Source of the DNA: Antedon mediterranea
Lineage: Eukaryota > Animalia > Echinodermata
Assembly: GCF_964355755.1 (NCBI RefSeq)
Contig: NC_092678.1
Span: 5,782,422 to 5,846,421 of the forward strand
Reading direction: 5' to 3'
Length of the DNA: 64,000 nucleotides
Shown here: one piece after another, positions 1-10,673 of the stretch
Numbering within the stretch: the stretch's first letter is position 1
Layout of the letters: every line of letters starts with the position of its first letter
Program-made: the position numbers and the translations under genes
The notes under the pieces: model-generated
What the model was told of the DNA's origin: nothing
The model's database searches: none
Seen by the model: the letters and a program-made list of their open reading frames with translations, nothing else

Positions 1-827
1 TATTCATAACATTTTTTCAGGTAGGCTAAAGTTACATTTACTGTACCAAAATCTCATTTCATTTTACTTATTTAGAAAAACAATATGCATTTCTATAGGC
101 TTCTGTTGAATATTATATAATTTGTTCTTATTTAAAAAATATTTTTCTAACGTGCTTACATTTTTACAGGCATGTAGTATAATAGTTGAACAAAAATCTC
201 ACTTGTTCTACACATTTTTGAAAACAAATATGAATTTGTATAGACTGTTGATGAATATGATATTTTCTTTCTTATTTTTATAAGTTTTTCTAAAATTCTT
301 TTTTTCAGGCAAGCTAAAAATAGTTAAACATTAAATTCACTGTACCAAAATCTCAAATAATTTTCCAAATTTTTTTTTAGGGATCGTCTCCTGGTGTGCT
401 GATCTGGTAGGTGTAGTCCGTGGAAGGCCTAATTCGAATTTTCTCAGTGGCCAGGTTAAATACAACTAAACAAATATGCATTTGTTTTCTATAGATATTA
501 AATATATTTATATATTTCCAATATTCTTATTTCATTCATATTTTAAATGTTATAACTTATAATGTTATACCAAAATCTTAATATTGACAAAGAAAATTCT
601 ATATTGAATATTGTATCATTTACTGTATATTATTTTTTTTAATGTTTTTCTTGCATACAACTTTTTTTCAGACATGCTAAATTGTTCAAATATACTTAAA
701 TCTCATTTATTAACACATTTTGAAAACAAATACTTTATGTATTTCTATAGGCTTCTGTTGAATATTATATCGTGTTTAATTTTTTGGTTATCCGCACTTG
801 GCGGATAACCCCTTGTTATTGTCAGGA

Positions 828-866
<39 letters not shown>

Positions 867-3150
867 CTATGTTATTCTTCTTTCTTTCCCAAAATTTTGT
901 GTCACGTGTATCTCAAATTCTGATCAACATTACATCGTATAACTTTGTCAGAAGATTTACCTCTATCTGTAGAAGTGCAGGACAGCTCGTTTTTTTTCTT
1001 TAGAGTCGCGCAGCGTAAGCTACGCGCGATTTTATGAATTTTGCGTATTTAACATAGACTAAAAACCAAAAGTCATTTTGTAATGACACTTGGTGAACAT
1101 TTAAGTCATATCAAGGGCAAACTTTCTATGGATTAAAAATGGCATGTTTGACATAAAGTTACGCGCGCACGCGCGTTTAAAATTTCAAATTGCGAAATAT
1201 CCATTTCTAATCAACTTTCTACGCGTTTCAGGGCATTTTGAGCATTTCAAAAATTCCCACGCGTGCGCATTTTTTTTACGCGCGCGTGCGCACGTAGCGC
1301 AAAAACATCTTTTTTTTGCTTGATTTTTGTTTTTTCAGCCTTTTCTAGTAAATTTACCAATTTTCAATCAATTTCGACTTAAAATTACGTCATACGAGCA
1401 CGTAGAATTCAACAATTTGCGCGCGTTTTTGAAGAAAAAGTTGAAAAATTCGTCAAAATTATGCCTTTTTTAAAACAGTCATAGATTGTAAACTACGAGG
1501 TGAACTTCTTTTAAATTACACATTCTGGAAGTTGATGATTTGTAGATATCGAATCATGCATCGATATGGCTAACAAGACATAGTGACGTCATCGTATGGC
1601 CACTCAAATATAAAATATAGGATTTTTGTCTCTTTCGTCATAGCTCATCACATTTAATAGAGCGCATCTCCACTTATCCGAATTCCATTTCCCCCCATTT
1701 TTTTATATTGTCTATGCCAATCAATTATCTTTCGCATAATCTACCATTTTTTAAATTGTGATGACGTCATCATGTCCAAAAGCGTCAATAACTTGGGTCC
1801 CTTATTTTCACCTATTCTGCACTGTATGTAGTACGTATACAGAATATAGTGTATACCGTATATACTTTGAGGTGACACAAAATAGAGAGCGCACTAACAT
1901 TTTTTCAATGGCATAATCGTTTTTCTGCGCGCAATATTCTAACGTATGACGTGCTGCGGATAACCTAACTCGTCCGTAGTGACGAGTTCAAATCTAGTGT
2001 TGTTTAATGTTTTTCTTACATAATTACTTTTGTTTGCAGGCAGGTAGTAAAATAGTTAAATTGTTCAAAATTTACCAAAATCTAACTTGTTTTACAAAGA
2101 ATGCATTTCTATATTCATTTTTAAAAATATTTCATTACATACTTATATTTTCTTTTTTTCAGGCAAACTTAGTTTAATAGTTAAATTGTTCAAATTTACT
2201 GAACTAAAATCTCATTTTTTACAAATTTCATTTGTATTTTATATTTTTCTAACTGTTCGTTCAAGCATGTCAACAAACAAATTTGCTTGTTGGACCAATC
2301 AAGTTTCTGCATTTATATTCATTAAAAAAAAATTTTTGTTAACATACATTTTTTTCAGGCAATTTAATTGTTCTAATATATTGTACCAAAATCTCAATTT
2401 TGTTAACAAATATGCATTTCTACAAAAATTGGTTAATTTTCATTTTTTTAATTTTCTTCTTACATAGTCACATTACAGAATTTTTTTTTTCTTACATATT
2501 TTTTCAGGCAGTATAATAATTAACTTGTTCAATTATACTGTACACTGAAATCTCAATTTTCAAAACAAATACTCATTTCTAAAGAAATAGGTTATTTTTT
2601 AATGTTTTTTTTTACATTTACACTTTTTTTTCAGGTTAATAGTTAATATGTCGAAATATAATAAAATCATACAAATTTTTTTTTTTTAACATACACTTTC
2701 TTCAGGTTTAATTGTTCATTATATACCAAAATCTTATTTTTTTACAAAATAAAAAATGAATTTTTAAGCTGTAGTTGTATCATTTTCATTTTTGTTGGAT
2801 AATTAATAAAAGTTATTTCTAGGCGGTATAAACTAGCCTACATAATAACACAAATGTGCATGTGAAAGTTGTATATATATATTTCATTTTTTAAATGTTT
2901 TTCTTACATACTTACAATTTTCTTTTCCAGTTTAATGATATTTAAATATATCAACATATTATTTTTTTTAATTTTATGTACAAATGCATTTCTAGGTGGT
3001 AGAATCTAGCCTAAATAATAACACAAATTTTCATGTAAAAACTGATGAAAAAAATTGAATATTATGTTTTTTTAAATATAGTACTTATATTTTCAGGTCA
3101 GTAGTATACACATAAAAATTGAAGATTATATTATTTATATTAATTTTCTG
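1..3150 (+). repeat. Degenerate AT-rich satellite of roughly 140-150 bp period (mirror copy and continuation about 15,150-18,400)
   Basis: Recurring motifs ttttcagg, tgtaccaaaatctca, atgcatttcta and gttgaatatt at about 13, 162, 302, 663, 2156, 2352, 2500 and 2627. Confidence 0.6.
786..1998 (+). mobile_element. Non-autonomous Helentron-associated element (HINE/DINE-1-like) inserted in the left arm only
   Basis: Absent from the mirror position (about 16,350). 5' hairpin ggttatccgc-acttg-gcggataacc (786-810), poly-T tract, 3' subterminal inverted repeat tgcggataacc (1955-1965), stem-loop aactcgtc-cgtagt-gacgagtt (1967-1988), terminal ctagt; inserted in a T run with no evident TSD. Confidence 0.8.
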
Positions 3151-4154
3151 ATGTATAACAATCTAAACTCAGTTGCCAAAAAACCAAATCTGTAAAGATT
3201 TATGGAATAATAGTAATTAGATAGGAACAGTCTATGGATAATAGTTTTGGTGTTTGAAAATATAATTACAAAGGCCGCACCATTCATTTTTATGTAGTAG
3301 GCTGAAAAGGCAAATTTTTTCTTTTAACATTTGGTAACATAATTGTAGCATGCATCACATGAATGTGAAATGAATTAGCATAAAGTTTGATCACTTGAGC
3401 AAAACAATTACAATTTCTAATTTGTAATTAATTTATGGTTTTGAACTTCTCTTTTAAGAAATGTTATTGTTACATTTGATTAGCTTGTATTGAGTTTTAC
3501 ACATAGTGACCGACCACATATTATAACAAAATTACAGCTAGCAACATGATATAAAATTGTAAAAAAAAAATGTAAGAGTTACAAATGTACAATATTTGTG
3601 GGAAAAAACAGAATTGTAGAGTTCAGTATGTGTACTTAAAAACAAAGAGTAGAACCAGGGAAGAGTAGTAACATTACATGTATACAAAAAAACAAACTTT
3701 AGGAAAAGTTACAAATATTCACACTGCCAGACTCGGAACTTTTTATTTTTAAGAAATTCCAAACCGCCCGGTGATATACTGAAAGGTAATTAAATCATTT
3801 TAAAACAATAAAGATGACAAATCTGTTTACAAAAAATTTTGTGAGAGATACCTCATTAATTGTCAGTATTTTACTCTTTAATCATTATGACCGATGGATT
3901 TTCATATAAGATCATTTTGGAGACTAAGGGTTAATTCTTTTATTAGTATTTTTGTCCTATGTTTTACAATACAAACAAATCGTTTCATTGAAAGTTATTT
4001 AACCAATTTAGATGCCAAACAAAATGTAAAAACTATTTTAATGATGAAAATATAGATTGGGTAACATGGAAAAGAAATATAAAAAATCGTACATTTTTTC
4101 CAAATAAACAATTATGGTATTGAAGCCATTTTTAAGAATATATTGATATCTTTA

Positions 4155-4456
4155 GTGTTTATTATCACCAGTGTTTACTATCGCAAGTGTTTACTATCGC
4201 AAGTGTTTACTATCGCAAGTGTTTATTATCGCCAGTGTTTATTATCGCCAGTGTTTATTAACTCCCAGTGTTTATTATCGCCAGTGTTTATTATCGCCAG
4301 TGTTTATTATCGCCAGTGTTTATTAACTCCCAGTGTTTATTATCGCCAGTGTTTATTATCGCCAGTGTTTTATTATCGCCAATGTTAAATTTTTAGTATT
4401 TATTATCACAAGTATTTATTATACCCAGTGTTTATTATCGCCAGTGTTTATTATCG
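4155..4456 (+). repeat. 16-bp minisatellite gccagtgtttattatc (mirror about 13,764-14,047)
   Basis: Tandem copies read directly. Confidence 0.92.
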
Positions 4457-4835
4457 TAATACTGTGAATGACATACTGTATTGTGGTGTTTCTATAAGAA
4501 AATTAAGTATAAATGATATTGGAAAACATTAATTTTCATTAGTTAATCAACGCATGATTTTCAAAAAATATTGGATGAACTTTTCATATCAAGGTTTATT
4601 ACTTATTAGTGTTACTCATCGGAAATTTAAAAACAAGATTTACAATCTAAAGAGAGTGTCTATATCTTAGTTTGATTTTCAGACTGACTTTTGAATAGTA
4701 AAACTTTTTTGACAATTGAAAATTAAAATCCATTTCTTGTGCGCATCGATAAAAACTAGCCTTCATACAGTAATAACAAAAATGTGCATGTAAAAAATGT
4801 TTATTGAAAGTGTTTATCGCAAGCATTTGTTATCG

Positions 4836-4930
4836 CAAGCGTTATATTACAAGCGTTTATTATATTTCAAGCGTTTATTATATTACAAGCGTTTATTATA
4901 TTACAAGCGTTTATTATATTACAAGCGTCT
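4836..4930 (+). repeat. 18-bp minisatellite caagcgtttattatatta (mirror about 13,292-13,385)
   Basis: About 5 tandem copies. Confidence 0.9.
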
Positions 4931-5606
4931 ATATCGCAAGTGTGATCGAAACAGTAATGTCTGCAGATTGGATAATGGGTGTATGTCCTGCTTAACTGGC
5001 TCAGCCTATATATTGTGCCAGTTCTGCAGTACATATCATTCCAAAACCTGAGCTGCACTGACGAGATCTAATAAGATCGAAACAATACTGTCTGCAGATA
5101 GAATATATATACATTTTTATTATATACTACAAAACAAAAATCAGATTAAATTTGTTTTTAACAAGATCACCACTTTTTGTCAGAATGGGTTTAGACTCGT
5201 AACCGTGTGTCGATGGGCTAAATAGTAGTATTTAATCTTTATCCTGAAGCAGCAGCAGTGATTATGATTGCATTCAATTATTTTTCAAATGATATTCAGT
5301 GATTGCAAAATAATGAATGTTTTAATAATACTGTTGAATCCTCTCTTGGTTTTGTGTTATGTTATAATGTCAGAAGAAATTGCTAAGTGGTGGTACATAC
5401 TGCGTAATTATTTTTTTTAAGGTAACGCGTACCAGTGTAAGCTTTTAAATGTATTGCTTCTCAGTGGAAATGTATCCGTTTATTATCAGCGCTTATCGTC
5501 GCCAGTGTTTATTATCGTCGCAAGCACTTATCGTCGCCAGCACTTATCGTCGCCAGTGTTTATTATCAGCGCTTATAGTCGCCAGCACTGATCGTTGCCA
5601 GCACTT

Positions 5607-6100
5607 ATTATTATTATACTTCAAGCGTTTATTATACTTCAAGCGTTTATTATACTTCAGGCGTTTATTATACTTCAAGCGTTTATTATACTTCAAGCGT
5701 TTATTATACTTCAAGCGCCAGTGTCTGCTATCGTCGCCAGCATTTATCGCCGCCAGTGTTTATTATCAGCGCTTATCATCGCCAGCACTTATCGTCGGCA
5801 GTGTTTATTATCAGCACTTATCGTCGCCAGTGTTTATTATCAGCGCTTATCGTCAAGCGTTTAATTATACCTCAAGCGTTTAATTATACCTTAAGCGTTT
5901 ATCTATACCTCAAGCGGTTTACTATACCTCAAGCGGTTTACTGTACCTCAAGCGGTTTACTGTACCTCAAGCGTTTGTTATACTTCAAGCGTTTGTTATA
6001 CTTCAAGCGTTTGTTATACTTCAAGCGTTTGTTATACTTCAAGCGTTTGTTATACTTCAAGCGTTTGTTATACTTCAAGCGTTTGTTATACTTCAAGCGT
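5607..6100 (+). repeat. 18-bp minisatellites caagcgtttRttatactt with mixed gccagtgttt units (mirror about 12,009-12,582)
   Basis: Tandem copies; they give the YFKRLL read-through ORFs. Confidence 0.9.
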
Positions 6101-6222
6101 CCAATTTCAGGTAGCGCACGTCCAATTTCAGGTAGCGCACGTCCAATTTCAGGTAGCGCACGTCCAATTTCAGGTAGCGCACGTCCAATTTCAGGTAGAG
6201 CACGTCCAATTTCAGGTAGAGC
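6098..6222 (+). repeat. 21-bp minisatellite cgtccaatttcaggtagcgca (mirror about 11,866-12,011)
   Basis: About 6 copies on the left and 7 on the right. Confidence 0.93.
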
Positions 6223-6235
6223 ACCAGACACTTGC

Positions 6236-7033
6236 GGCGATATATCGGTATTACTTAGGCGATATATCGGTATTACTTAGGCGATATATCGGTATGACTT
6301 AGGCGATATATCGGTATGACTTAGGCGATATATCGGTATGACTTAGGCGATATAGCGGTATGACTTAGGCGATATAGCGGTATGACTTAGGCGATATAGC
6401 GGTATGACTTAGGCGATATAGCGGTATGACTTAGGCGATATAGCGGTATGACTTAGGCGATACAGCGGTATGACTTAGGCGATACAGCGGTATGACTTAG
6501 GCGATACAGCGGTATGACTTAGGCGATACAGCGGTATGACTTAGGCGATACAGCGGTATGACTTAGGCGATACAGCGGTATGACTTAGGCGATACAGCGG
6601 TATGACTTAGGCGATACAGCGGTATGACTTAGGCGATACAGCGGTATGACTTAGGCGATACAGCGGTATGACTTAGGCGATATAGCGGTATGACACCTGT
6701 GGCGAAATAATAACAATATAACAGACACTTGCGGCGAAATAATAGTGGTATGACATAGGCGATATAGCGGTATGACTTAGGCGATATAGCGGTATTACTT
6801 AGGCGATATAGCGGTATTACTTAGGCGATATAGCGGTATTACTTAGGCGATATAGCGGTATGACACTTGTGGCGAAATAATATCAATATAACAGATACTT
6901 GCGGCGAAATAATAGCGGTATGACATAGGCGATATAGCGATATGACTTAGGCGATATAGCGGTATGACTTAGGCGATATAGCGGTATGACTTAGGCGATA
7001 TAGCGGTATGACTTAGGCAATATAGCGGTATGA
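6236..7033 (+). repeat. 22-bp minisatellite ggcgatatagcggtatgactta, interrupted (mirror about 11,229-11,852)
   Basis: About 21 copies in the first run on the left, about 14 in the mirror run. Confidence 0.93.
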
Positions 7034-7559
7034 CACTTGCGGCGAAATAATAACAATAAACAGACACTTCCAACGAAATAATAACAATAAAAGACACTTG
7101 CGGCAAAATAATAGCAACAGTACTTTTTCAATGGTTAACAGTAGCATAAGCGTATCAGGTAACGCGTACCAGTGTAAGTTTCTCAATGTATTGCTTCTCA
7201 GTGTAAATGTATCCATGTAAGCGTCTTGGTATGACTGTCAGGGTATTATTAGTCATTTTACAGTATGTGTTCCAAGAGTTTATTATTGCAAATATTGATT
7301 AATGCAAGTGTTTAATATTGAAAGTGTTCATTATATTGCAAGTGTTTATTATTGCCAGTGTCTATTATCGTCGCCAGTGTCTGTTATCGTCGCCAGTGCC
7401 TATTATCGTCGCTAGTGTCTATTATCGTCGCCAGTGTCTATTATCACCACTTATCGTCGTCAGTGTTTTTTATCACCGCTTCGTCGCCAGCATTTACAGT
7501 GTTTATTATTAGCGCTTATCAGCACTTATCGTCGCCATTGTTTATTATCAGCGCTTACC

Positions 7560-7800
7560 GTCGCCATCGTTTATTGTCGTCGCCATCGTTTATTGTCGTC
7601 GCCATCGTTTATTGTCGTCGCCATCGTTTATTGTCGTCGCCAGCGTTTATTGTCGTCGCCAGCGTTTATTGTCGTCGCCAGCGTTTATTGTCGTCGCCAG
7701 CGTTTATTGTCGTCGCCAGCGTTTATTGTCGTCGCCAGCGTTTATTGTCGTCGCCAGCGTTTATTGTCGTCGCCAGCGTTTATTGTCGTCGCCAGCGTTT
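7560..7800 (+). repeat. 19-bp minisatellite tcgcca(t/g)cgtttattgtcg
   Basis: About 13 tandem copies. Confidence 0.95.
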
Positions 7801-7805
7801 ATTAT

Positions 7806-8545
7806 TATCGATACTTCAAGCGTTTATCGATACTTCAAGCGTTTATCGATACTTCAAGCGTTTATCGATACTTCAAGCGTTTATCGATACTTCAAGCGTT
7901 TATCGATACTTCAAGCGTTTATCGATACTTCAAGCGTTTATCGATACTTCAAGCGTTTATCGATACTTCAAGCGTTTATCGATACTTCAAGCGTTTATCG
8001 ATACTTCAAGCGTTTATCGATACTTCAAGCGTTTATCGATACTTCAAGCGTTTATCGATACTTCAAGCGTTTATCGATACTTCAAGCGTTTATCGATACT
8101 TCAAGCGTTTATCGATACTTCAAGCGTTTATCGATACTTCAAGCGTTTATCGATACTTCAAGCGTTTATCGATACTTCAAGCGTTTATCGATACTTCAAG
8201 CGTTTATCGATACTTCAAGCGTTTATCGATACTTCAAGCGTTTATCGATACTTCAAGCGTTTATCGATACTTCAAGCGTTTATCGATACTTCAAGCGTTT
8301 ATCGATACTTCAAGCGTTTATCGATACTTCAAGCGTTTATCGATACTTCAAGCGTTTATCGATACTTCAAGCGTTTATCGATACTTCAAGCGTTTATCGA
8401 TACTTCAAGCGTTTATCGATACTTCAAGCGTTTATCGATACTTCAAGCGTTTATCGATACTTCAAGCGTTTATCGATACTTCAAGCGTTTATCGATACTT
8501 CAAGCGTTTATCGATACTTCAAGCGTTTATCGATACTTCAAGCGT
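7806..8545 (+). repeat. 19-bp minisatellite tatcgatacttcaagcgtt
   Basis: About 39 near-perfect copies. Confidence 0.97.
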
Positions 8546-9845
8546 CAATCCACTTAATTATAAAAGGATTGTCAAAATTAAGTGGATTAATTTTTTTAGC
8601 ATTTAAAAAGCAGGAAAATTTAATCCACTTAATTTTAACATAATATTAAAAGGATTGTCAAATTAAGTGGATTAAGTTAATCCACTTAAATTTTTTTAGC
8701 TTTTGAAAGCAGAAAAATTTAAGTGGAAGGATTGTCAATTAACTGGATTAAGGTAATCCACTTAAATTTTTTACCATATAAAAGCAGAAAAATTTAAGTG
8801 GATTAACTTAATCCACTTAATTTTAACCTAATATTTAAAGGATTGTCAAATTAAGTGGATTAAGTTAATCCACTTAAATTTGTTTAGCTTTTGAAAGCAG
8901 AAAAATTTAAGTGGATTAACTTAATCCACTTAATTTGACAATCCTTTGATTAACTTAATCCACTTAAATTTTTCTGCTTTCAATGGTAAAAAAATTAAGT
9001 GGATTAACTTAAGCCACTTAATTTGACAATCCTTTTAATATTAGGTTAAAATTAAGTGGATTAAGTTAATCCACTTAAATTTTTCTGCTTTCAATGGTAA
9101 AAAAATTAAGTGGATTAACTTAAGCCACTTAATTTGACAATCATTTTTTAATATTAGGTTAAAATTAAGTGGATTAAGTTAATCCACTTAAATTTTTCTG
9201 CTTTCAAAAGCTAAACAAATTTAAGTGGATTAACTTAATCTACTTAAGTGGATTACCTTAATCCACTTAATTTGACAATCCTTTAAATATTAGGTTAAAA
9301 TTAAGTGGATTAAGTTAATCCACTTAAATTTTTCTTTTAAATGGTAAAAAATTTAAGTGGATTAACTTAATCCAGTTAATTGACAATCCTTCCACTTAAA
9401 TTTTTCTGCTTTCAAAAGCTAAAAAAATTTAAGTGGATTAACTTAATCCACTTAATTTGACAATCCTTTTAATATTATGTTAAAATTAAGTGGATTAAAT
9501 TTTCCTGCTTTTTAAATGCTAAAAAAATTAATCCACTTAATTTGACAATCCTTTTAATATTAGGTTAAAATTAAGTGGATTAAGTTAATCCACTTAAATT
9601 TTTCTGCTTTTAAATGGTAAAAAATTTAAGTGGATTAACTTAATCCAGTTAATTGACAATCCTTCCACTTAAATTTTTCTGCTTTCAAAAGCTAAAAAAA
9701 TTTAAGTGGATTAACTTAATCCACTTAATTTGACAATCCTTTTAATATTATGTTAAAATTAAGTGGATTAAATTTTCCTGCTTTTTAAATGCTAAAAAAA
9801 TTAATCCACTTAATTTTGACAATCCTTTTATAATTAAGTGGATTG
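8546..9845. repeat. Palindrome core: array of the 27-bp palindrome TTAAGTGGATTAA-(G/C)-TTAATCCACTTAA separated by re-used spacers of about 30 bp
   Basis: About 15 perfect or near-perfect copies, e.g. about 8663, 8795, 8851, 8907, 9052, 9164, 9301, 9429, 9571 and 9702. Confidence 0.92.
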
Positions 9846-10133
9846 ACGCTTGAAGTATTGATAAACGCTTGAAGTATTGATAAACGCTTGAAGTATTGAT
9901 AAACGCTTGAAGTATCGATAAACGCTTGAAGTATCGATAAACGCTTGAAGTATCGATAAACGCTTGAAGTATCGATAAACGCTTGAAGTATCGATAAACG
10001 CTTGAAGTATCGATAAACGCTTGAAGTATCGATAAACGCTTGAAGTATCGATAAACGCTTGAAGTATCGATAAACGCTTGAAGTATCGATAAACGCTTGA
10101 AGTATCGATAAACGCTTGAAGTATCGATAAACG
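9846..10133 (-). repeat. Mirror copy of the 19-bp tatcgata minisatellite
   Basis: About 15 copies of aacgcttgaagtatcgata; the three innermost read tattgata. Confidence 0.95.
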
Positions 10134-10673
10134 CTGGCGACGACAATAAACGCTGGCGACGACAATAAACGCTGGCGACGACAATAAACGCTGGCGACGA
10201 CAATAAACGCTGGCGACGACAATAAACGATGGCGACGACAATAAACGCTGGCGACGACAATAAACGATGGCGACGACAATAAACGATGGCGACGACAATA
10301 AACGATGGCGACGACAATAAACGATGGCGACGACAATAAACGATGGCGACGACAATAAACGATGGCGACGACAATAAACGATGGCGACGACAATAAACGA
10401 TGGCGACGACAATAAACGATGGCGACGACAATAAACGATGGCGACGACAATAAACGATGGCGACGACAATAAACGATGGCGACGACAATAAACGATGGCG
10501 ACGACAATAAACGATGGCGACGACAATAAACGATGGCGACGACAATAAACGATGGCGACGACAATAAACGATGGCGACGACAATAAACGATGGCGACGAC
10601 AATAAACGATGGCGACGACAATAAACGATGGCGACGACAATAAACGATGGCGACGACAATAAACGATGGCGAC
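10128..10673 (-). repeat. Mirror copy of the 19-bp tcgcca(t/g)cg minisatellite
   Basis: About 28 copies of cgacaataaacg(a/c)tggcga. Confidence 0.95.

Noticed and set aside
4143-6280. ORFs with YFKRLL, PISGSAR and RQCLLS repeats (and mirrors at 11,808-14,059)
   Set aside because: Translations of 16-21 bp minisatellites.
8546-9845. CRISPR-like array (palindromic 27-bp repeat with about 30-bp spacers)
   Set aside because: Spacers are a few re-used sequences in both orientations, there are no cas genes, and the context is eukaryotic.
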